A stretch of DNA of 64,000 nt from Trichormus sp. ATA11-4-KO1 (lineage in GTDB: Bacteria; Cyanobacteriota; Cyanobacteriia; Cyanobacteriales; Nostocaceae): positions 1 through 64,000 of the forward strand of contig JAHHIM010000015.1 of NCBI GenBank assembly GCA_019358915.1. Reading direction: 5' to 3'. Positions 57,176-64,000 of the stretch are shown piece by piece (the first letter of the stretch is position 1; each line of letters starts with the position of its first letter). The notes below the pieces were generated by a model. That model was not told the DNA's origin. It did no database searches and saw nothing but the letters and a program-made list of their open reading frames with translations. The translations under genes were made by a program, and so were the position numbers.

Positions 57176-60100
57176 ATGAGTTTAATCAGAACTGACCTAA
57201 AAATCCCTGGTTACTGCATCGGTGAACAAATCTATGAGAGTTCTAGTACTGTTGTATATCGGGGAAAGGTAGAAGCTGAATCTGTGCCTGTTGTGATCAA
57301 ATTCATGCGGAATCAATACCCCAATTTTAGTGAACTTGTCCAATTCCGCAACCAATATACCATTGCCAAAAACCTGGATATTCCTGGGATTGTCAAGCCG
57401 TACAGTTTAGAACTGTGTGGCAATCGGTATGCTTTGATTATGGAGGATTTTGGGGGCATTTCGCTTAAGGAAGAAATGAGAAGACGGGAAAACCTGGACT
57501 TGCAGATTCAGGACAATGGTGGAATTAATAATATTAGTGAATTTTTACACATTGCTCGGCAACTTGCCATAATTTTGGATGGAGTCCACAGGTATCGGGT
57601 AATTCACAAAGACATCAAACCAGCTAATATTCTGATTAACCCCGATAGTCGGCAGGTAAAGTTAATTGACTTCTCCATTGCCTCTCTCCTACCTAGAGAA
57701 ACTCAAGAAATTTACAATCCTAATGTTCTTGAAGGTACTCTTGCCTATCTGTCTCCTGAACAAACTGGACGAATGAACCGGGGTATTGATTACCGCAGTG
57801 ATTTCTACTCTCTTGGTGTCACTTTTTATGAACTGCTCACAGGACAATTGCCTTTCCAGTCAAATGATCCCATGGAACTGGTACATTGTCACATCGCTAA
57901 ACAACCCCCTGCCATCCAAGACCTTAATCTAGACATTCCCGCAGCGCTGTCAAATATCGTCTATAAACTGATGGACAAGAACGCAGAAGAGCGCTATCAG
58001 AGTGCTTTAGGGCTAAAGTATGACTTAGAACAATGTCTGCACCAGTGGCAAGAAAATCAGCAAATTTTTCACTTTGTCTTGGGACAGCAGGATGTTTGCG
58101 ATCGCTTTATAATCTCAGAAAAGCTCTATGGTCGCCAAACAGAGGTAAATAACCTCTTGGCAGCCTTTGACCGTATCAGCTGCGGTAGCAGTGAGTTGAT
58201 ACTGGTTGCAGGGTTCTCTGGGATTGGTAAAACAGCAGTAGTGAATGAAGTACATAAACCCATTGCCCGACAACGCGGCTACTTCATCAAAGGCAAATTT
58301 GACCAATTCCAGCGCAACATTCCCTTTTTTGCCTTTGTACAGGCTTTTCGAGATTTGATGGGGCAATTGCTTTCAGAAACAGATACTCAATTAGAACAGT
58401 GGAAATCTCAGATTCTGACTGCACTGGGTGAAAATGGTCAAGTAATCATTGAGGTGATTCCAGAACTAGAACATATCATTGGCAAACAGCCATCTGTGGC
58501 AAAATTGTCGGGTAATGCGGCACAAAATCGCTTCAATTTACTATTTCAGCAATTCATTCAAGTTTTTACTACCCAAGAACATCCTTTAGTGATCTTTCTA
58601 GACGATTTGCAATGGGCAGATTCGGCATCGCTGAAGTTGATGCAATTACTGATGGGTAAAACCAAAATTGGCTATTTGTTGGTAATTGGGGCGTATCGAG
58701 ATAATGAAGTTAGTCCGATTCATCCTTTGATGTTAACCCTAGATGAAATTCGCCAAGCAGAGACCACGGTTAACATCATAATTTTATCTCCACTTACTGA
58801 ATCCCATATTAGCCAGTTGGTTGCTGATACTCTCAGTTGTTCTCCAGAATTGGCCGCACCATTGACGGAGTTGGTATATCAGAAAACTCATGGCAATCCT
58901 TTCTTTACCAATCAGTTTCTTAAGTCCTTACATGAAGACGGATGGATTAATTTTAACCGGGAAAGTGGTTATTGGCAGAGTGATATTACTCAAGTTAGAG
59001 CTTTAGCACTAACCGACAATGTCGTGGAATTTATGGCAACTCAGTTGCAGAAGTTACCAAGAGAAACTCAGCAAGTTTTGCAACTAGCAGCGTGTATTGG
59101 CAACTCGTTTGATTTAGCAACACTGGCAATTGTGTATGAGAAATCTCAGGCAGAAACAGCAATAGACCTCTGGAAAGCCTTACAGGAAGGTTTAATTTTA
59201 CCCCTGACAGAAGTTTATAAGTTTTTCCAGGATGATGAATCTATGACATCAGCAACTGCTCAGACTGCAATTTCTTACCGATTTTTACATGACCGTGTAC
59301 AGCAAGCTGCATACTCATTAATTCCGGCGGAACAAAAACAGAAAACTCATCTGCAAATTGGACAATTACTATTAAATAATCTGTCAGAATTAGAGCGGGA
59401 AGAAAAGATTTTCGATATTGTGAATCAGTTGAATATTGGAGCAACTTTCATTACTCAAGAACCTCAACAAAAGCAACTGATTCAATTAAATTTAAATGCA
59501 GGATGTAAAGCTAAAAATTCTACAGCTTATGCATCGGCTGTGGAATATTTTTGTACTGGAATCAATTTCTTGGCAGAAGATAGCTGGCAAAGTGATTATG
59601 ATTTAACGTTTATCTTGCATAGAGAACTTGCAGAATCTGAGTTTCTCAATGGCGATTTTGAAACATCTTTAGCATTAATTAACCAGATTTTAGCTCAAGC
59701 CAAATCCTGCATTGATCAGGCTGAAGTGTATGAATTACTGATCATCCAGTATAGCCTTACGGCGCAGTTTTCCGAAGCAATTCAAACTGGAATTACAGCA
59801 CTGCGTTTACTAGATGTGGAAATTGCTCCACCAAATTTAGATACGGATGTACAAAAAGAATTAGCAGAGGCCAAACAGAACTTAGGCGATCGCCAAATTT
59901 CCTCTTTGATTGATTTACCAGAAATGGTAGATATAAAACAGCAATTAGTAGTGAGATTATTGATTGCTTTAGTCCCACCCGCTTACGTTACTTCTAATTT
60001 TAGCTTGTATATGCTGGTTTCGCTAAAAGCCATGAATATCTCAATTCAGTATGGCAATATGCCAGAATCAGCGATGGGATATTCCGGTTATGGGCTAATT

Positions 60101-62635
60101 TTAGGCTCAGTTTTGGGTAATTATCAATCTGGGTATGAATTCGGTTTACTTGGTTTTAAATTAAGTCAAAAGTTTAATTATTTAGCTCAACTTTGCCAAA
60201 CCAGTTTTGTTCTAGCAAATTTTATTCATGTTTGGGCTAAACCAATTCAAGGTGTAACTTTAATTAATGATGAAGGATATCAAGCGGGTTTAAACTCAGG
60301 GGATTTACAACATGCTGGTTATCATATTTCTGGTAAGGCTTGTAATCAATTATTCCAGGGAACTCAACTAGATATGATTCTGGCGGATATTGTGAAATAT
60401 CTACCATTTATTACTAGTACTAAGAATCAATCTGCTGATTATATCTTACAGGGAATTCAGTTTTTTGTTTTGGATTTGGTGAAACCATTATTTGCCAAAG
60501 AACAAATTGCCGATTTTGATTTACGTAAAAACAAATTTGTAGAGCAATGTCAATCTTCTCACAGCTTTTTTGCGTTGTGTCTTTATGATGTTTTTCAAAT
60601 GCAATTAGCCTGCATCAAGCGAAATTTTGCTCAGGGATTCAATCATGCTTTAGCAGCCAGCAAAATCCTCAATAGTATTGCCGGACATACAACTTATTCT
60701 AAATATAATTTTTACTATTCTCTCATCTTATTAAACCTTTATCCAGAAGCTTCATTAGATGAACAAAATGAATACCACAAACAGGTAGAAACGAATCAAA
60801 CACAGCTAAAAATTTGGGCTGATATTTGTCCAGAAAACTTTCTACATAAATATTTGCTAGTAGAGGCAGAACTAAGCCGCGTGACTGGTAAATCTTTAGT
60901 AGCAGTGGATTTGTACGATCGCGCGATCCAGTCAGCCAGAGATCATGGGTTGATCCACAATGAAGCATTAGCAAATGAATTTACAGCCAAATTCTATTTA
61001 GACTGGGGTAAGCATCGCATTGCTCAGGAGTATCTGACACAAGCCTACTATAGCTATATCCGTTGGGGCGCTCAAGCTAAAGTCCAGGATTTAGAACAAC
61101 GGTATCCACAACTTTTAGAGCCTATTTTGCAACAGACTCCCACAGCGTTCACCGCTAATGAAACGATCGTTGCATTGTCTCAATCAAGTACCAGTACCTC
61201 ATCTTCTAGTAGCGCTTCAGTTACTTTAGATTTGGCAACAATTTTAAAAGTTTCCCAAACCCTCTCTAGCGAAATTCAGTTGCAGAAATTGCTTTCTACT
61301 TTGATGCAAGTAGTTATTGCCAACGCGGGAGCCGAAAAATGCGTGTTAATCTTACTTGAAGATCAGCGTTTGATGATTCAGGCGATCGCTTATTCAACAC
61401 AAGCACCTACTGTTTTACAATCAATGCCAGTAGAGGAAAGCCAAGAGATTCCGCTAACTTTAATCAACATTGTGAAGCGCCGACTGGAACCTGCGGTAAT
61501 CATGAATGCAGCCGTGCATCCATCGTTGCTAGCTGACCCCTATATTGTGCAGCAACAACCTAAAAGCTTGCTGTGTACACCCATTCTGCATCAAGGCAAA
61601 CTGCTGGGGATTTTATATCTAGAGAATAACCTGACCACGGGTGCATTTACCAGCGATCGCGTCGAAATTCTCAACTTGCTCTGTTCCCAAGCAGCTATTT
61701 CCTTGGAAAATGCGCGTCTTTACCAGCAGTCCCAGAACTATGCTCAACAAATTGAACAATCTCTGAACGAATTACGGCAGATGCAACTGCAACTAGTGCA
61801 GAGTGAGAAAATGTCTGCTTTAGGTAACCTCGTGGCTGGGGTAGCTCACGAAATCAACAATCCTGTGGGCTTCATCTCCGGGAATTTGCAACCTGCTATT
61901 GACTATGTGCAGGATTTATTTAGCCTGATTGACCTTTATCAGGAACATTATCCTCAACCTAGAGCAGAAATTGACGAACAAATTGCCACCATAGACCTAG
62001 AGTATATCCGCTCTGATCTGCCGAATTTAATTTCCACCATGAGAGAGGGTGTCAAGCGGATTCGGGGGATTAGCAACAGTTTACGAATTTTTTCGCGAGC
62101 AGATAGCGATCGCCCAATCATCTGCAATATTCACGATGGCATTGATAGTACTGTTCTGATTTTGAAACATCGTTTAAAAGCTAACGAGCAGCATCCTACC
62201 ATTGAAGTAGTTCGAGATTATGGTAAATTGCCTCCTATAGAATGCTTTCCTGGACAACTTAATCAAGTATTCATGAATCTGTTAGCTAATGCGATTGATG
62301 CTTTAGAAGAAGCGAATACAGGGTATAGTTTTGCCGAAATTGCCGAAAATCCCAATCAGATTACCATTAAAACTACTTTGAGTGAAGATGAAAATTATAT
62401 TGTGATTCGCATTCAAGATAATGGCTTAGGCATGGCAGAGGAAGTAAAACAGAAAATCTTTGACCATTTATTCACTACCAAAGGTGTGGGTAAAGGTACA
62501 GGATTAGGATTGGCGATCGCTCGACAGATTGTAGTTGAGAAGCATGGTGGAACGATTAACGTAGACTCTATACCAGGAGAAGGTACAGAGTTTATGATTA
62601 CCTTGCCTGTGAAAGCTCAAGAGCAGAATCAATAG
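57176..62635 (+). CDS. Trifunctional Ser/Thr kinase / AAA ATPase / GAF / histidine kinase (HstK/Pkn41-44 type)
   Basis: HKDIKPAN, GTLAYLSPEQTGRMNR, GFSGIGKT, LDDLQWAD, GAF, AHEINNP, GTGLGL. Confidence 0.93.
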   Translation: MSLIRTDLKIPGYCIGEQIYESSSTVVYRGKVEAESVPVVIKFMRNQYPNFSELVQFRNQYTIAKNLDIPGIVKPYSLELCGNRYALIMEDFGGISLKEEMRRRENLDLQIQDNGGINNISEFLHIARQLAIILDGVHRYRVIHKDIKPANILINPDSRQVKLIDFSIASLLPRETQEIYNPNVLEGTLAYLSPEQTGRMNRGIDYRSDFYSLGVTFYELLTGQLPFQSNDPMELVHCHIAKQPPAIQDLNLDIPAALSNIVYKLMDKNAEERYQSALGLKYDLEQCLHQWQENQQIFHFVLGQQDVCDRFIISEKLYGRQTEVNNLLAAFDRISCGSSELILVAGFSGIGKTAVVNEVHKPIARQRGYFIKGKFDQFQRNIPFFAFVQAFRDLMGQLLSETDTQLEQWKSQILTALGENGQVIIEVIPELEHIIGKQPSVAKLSGNAAQNRFNLLFQQFIQVFTTQEHPLVIFLDDLQWADSASLKLMQLLMGKTKIGYLLVIGAYRDNEVSPIHPLMLTLDEIRQAETTVNIIILSPLTESHISQLVADTLSCSPELAAPLTELVYQKTHGNPFFTNQFLKSLHEDGWINFNRESGYWQSDITQVRALALTDNVVEFMATQLQKLPRETQQVLQLAACIGNSFDLATLAIVYEKSQAETAIDLWKALQEGLILPLTEVYKFFQDDESMTSATAQTAISYRFLHDRVQQAAYSLIPAEQKQKTHLQIGQLLLNNLSELEREEKIFDIVNQLNIGATFITQEPQQKQLIQLNLNAGCKAKNSTAYASAVEYFCTGINFLAEDSWQSDYDLTFILHRELAESEFLNGDFETSLALINQILAQAKSCIDQAEVYELLIIQYSLTAQFSEAIQTGITALRLLDVEIAPPNLDTDVQKELAEAKQNLGDRQISSLIDLPEMVDIKQQLVVRLLIALVPPAYVTSNFSLYMLVSLKAMNISIQYGNMPESAMGYSGYGLILGSVLGNYQSGYEFGLLGFKLSQKFNYLAQLCQTSFVLANFIHVWAKPIQGVTLINDEGYQAGLNSGDLQHAGYHISGKACNQLFQGTQLDMILADIVKYLPFITSTKNQSADYILQGIQFFVLDLVKPLFAKEQIADFDLRKNKFVEQCQSSHSFFALCLYDVFQMQLACIKRNFAQGFNHALAASKILNSIAGHTTYSKYNFYYSLILLNLYPEASLDEQNEYHKQVETNQTQLKIWADICPENFLHKYLLVEAELSRVTGKSLVAVDLYDRAIQSARDHGLIHNEALANEFTAKFYLDWGKHRIAQEYLTQAYYSYIRWGAQAKVQDLEQRYPQLLEPILQQTPTAFTANETIVALSQSSTSTSSSSSASVTLDLATILKVSQTLSSEIQLQKLLSTLMQVVIANAGAEKCVLILLEDQRLMIQAIAYSTQAPTVLQSMPVEESQEIPLTLINIVKRRLEPAVIMNAAVHPSLLADPYIVQQQPKSLLCTPILHQGKLLGILYLENNLTTGAFTSDRVEILNLLCSQAAISLENARLYQQSQNYAQQIEQSLNELRQMQLQLVQSEKMSALGNLVAGVAHEINNPVGFISGNLQPAIDYVQDLFSLIDLYQEHYPQPRAEIDEQIATIDLEYIRSDLPNLISTMREGVKRIRGISNSLRIFSRADSDRPIICNIHDGIDSTVLILKHRLKANEQHPTIEVVRDYGKLPPIECFPGQLNQVFMNLLANAIDALEEANTGYSFAEIAENPNQITIKTTLSEDENYIVIRIQDNGLGMAEEVKQKIFDHLFTTKGVGKGTGLGLAIARQIVVEKHGGTINVDSIPGEGTEFMITLPVKAQEQNQ

Positions 62636-62654
62636 GACTTATACAACTAGCAAA

Positions 62655-63497
62655 ATGATTAATTTTAAAATCCCCAATTCACGACTAAAAATTTTATTAA
62701 TTTATGGGTTATTAGCCGCGATCGCATTGGTAACGCTTTTTCCCTTGCTGTGGCTAATTAGTACAGCCTTGAAATCTCCCACAGAAAATATCTTGCAGTC
62801 GCCACCGCAGTTACTACCCAGTCAACCGACACTGGATAATTTTTTTAGTGTGTGGCGATCGCTACCTTTTGCACAATACTTATATAACAGTACCTTAGTG
62901 GCAGTGCTGACAGTGGGCTTAAATCTACTTTTTTGTGCTTTAGCCGCTTACCCGTTAGCCAGACTGTCATTTGTGGGGCGAGACTCGATTTTTATGGCGA
63001 TCGTCTCGACAATCATGATTCCCTTCCAAATCGTCATGATTCCCCTGTATATTTTGACAGTCCAGTTAGGTTTAAGAAATACTTATTTGGGCATAATTTT
63101 TCCTAGTTTAGCGTCTGCTTTTGGGATTTTTTTACTGCGACAAGCTTTTATGGGTGTGCCCAAAGAACTAGAAGAAGCTGCCCGCATGGATGGCAGTTCC
63201 GAGTTAGGCTTATGGTGGCATATCATGTTACCAGCAATTCGCCCAGCATTGGTTACCCTGGCTATTTTTGTCTTCATCGGTGCTTGGAGTGACTTTCTTT
63301 GGCCTTTAATTGTCATCCAAGATGAAAGCTTATATACCTTACCTTTAGGAGTGGCAAAGTTAGCGGGTACGTTTTCTTTAGACTGGCGATTAGTAGCTGC
63401 GGGATCAATAATTTCTATTGCCCCAGTTCTGTTATTATTCTTATTTTTACAGCGCTACATCGTACCGACGGAAACGGGTAGTGGTGTCAAGGGCTGA
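62655..63497 (+). CDS. Carbohydrate ABC transporter permease
   Basis: EAA loop ELEEAARMDG; AWSDFLWPL. Confidence 0.9.
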   Translation: MINFKIPNSRLKILLIYGLLAAIALVTLFPLLWLISTALKSPTENILQSPPQLLPSQPTLDNFFSVWRSLPFAQYLYNSTLVAVLTVGLNLLFCALAAYPLARLSFVGRDSIFMAIVSTIMIPFQIVMIPLYILTVQLGLRNTYLGIIFPSLASAFGIFLLRQAFMGVPKELEEAARMDGSSELGLWWHIMLPAIRPALVTLAIFVFIGAWSDFLWPLIVIQDESLYTLPLGVAKLAGTFSLDWRLVAAGSIISIAPVLLLFLFLQRYIVPTETGSGVKG

Positions 63498-63510
63498 ATC
63501 TATGTATTGA

Positions 63511-63954
63511 CTAATGACTTCGAGAAGTGGTCACATTCATATCATCGTTTAATCTCCGAATCAGGCGGGACAACTCTCTAATAATATTGACGGCAATTTC
63601 CGGAGTTTCTTCAATTGCGTCATATAGTTGCTCTTGGGTCAGTTCTAAAAACTCACAAGGTTCTAGAGTTGTCGCCGAAGCAGAACGGGGTTGAGTATCA
63701 AATACTGCCATCTCTCCAAAGTATTTTCCCTGTTCTACTTCTGCCAGTTTTTTATCCCCAATATGGACTTTAACTCTACCTGACACAACAATATAGAGCG
63801 ATCGCCCCTCTTCTCCTTGTTTAAAAATAGTGTAATTAGCGGGAAATGACAGTTCATGCATCACCGAAGTCAGCCGCACAATAAAATCATCACGCAATTC
63901 CTTAAAAATCGGCACTCTCCGGACAAATAATAAACGGTCAACGCTGCTGAGCAT
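63511..63954 (-). CDS. Cyclic nucleotide-binding domain protein
   Basis: IFKQGEEG, FGEMAVFD..PRSASA. Confidence 0.9.
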   Translation of the reverse strand: MLSSVDRLLFVRRVPIFKELRDDFIVRLTSVMHELSFPANYTIFKQGEEGRSLYIVVSGRVKVHIGDKKLAEVEQGKYFGEMAVFDTQPRSASATTLEPCEFLELTQEQLYDAIEETPEIAVNIIRELSRLIRRLNDDMNVTTSRSH

Positions 63955-64000
63955 AATTTAAAGTTAAAATTCACACATTAAAAATATCAAGGTCAGTAGG

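Larger units (their letters stand above)
1..64000. repeat. HIP1 (GCGATCGC) highly iterated palindrome throughout window
   Basis: Many copies, e.g. 16047, 16066, 24215, 25088, 26599, 26723, 29078, 31368. Confidence 0.9.

Noticed and set aside
1..64000. CRISPR array, tRNA, rRNA
   Set aside because: No regularly spaced 25-40-bp direct repeats with unique spacers and no cas genes; the repeats seen are heptamer STRRs and MITEs. No tRNA or rRNA was recognised.

Overview
64-kb chromosomal window from a heterocyst-forming (Nostocales-type) cyanobacterium. This is inferred from dense HIP1 GCGATCGC octamers, heptamer STRR repeats, devBCA, ntcB-cnaT and a cyanobacterial LexA box before recA. Both flanks are mostly conserved genes: DUF1611/epimerase pair, NUDIX, minCDE, Na+/H+ antiporter, hybrid kinases, XPB-like helicase with DUF790, recA, Ser/Thr kinases and ntcB-cnaT. 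The middle holds a decayed copper module (copZ, collapsed copA, merR), a decayed accessory patch (ISAs1 remnants, hsdM pseudogene, two Uma2 genes, an AetD-like fragment) and the standout feature, an intact ~16.6-kb co-oriented biosynthetic cluster at 24022-40589. The cluster encodes an enediyne-type iterative PKS (PksE clade) split into three genes: KS-AT, ACP-ACP-KR-DH, and PPTase fused to two PksE10/CalE7-like hotdog thioesterases. A duplicated ~21-aa motif at the end of subunit 1 and the start of subunit 2 looks like a homotypic docking element. Two tandem flavin-dependent halogenases, a 118-aa orphan and a DevBCA exporter follow. No E3/E4/E5-type enediyne core genes are recognisable, so it probably makes an exported halogenated polyene/lipid-like product rather than a classical enediyne (inference). 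All family assignments come from motif recognition by eye; no database searches were run.
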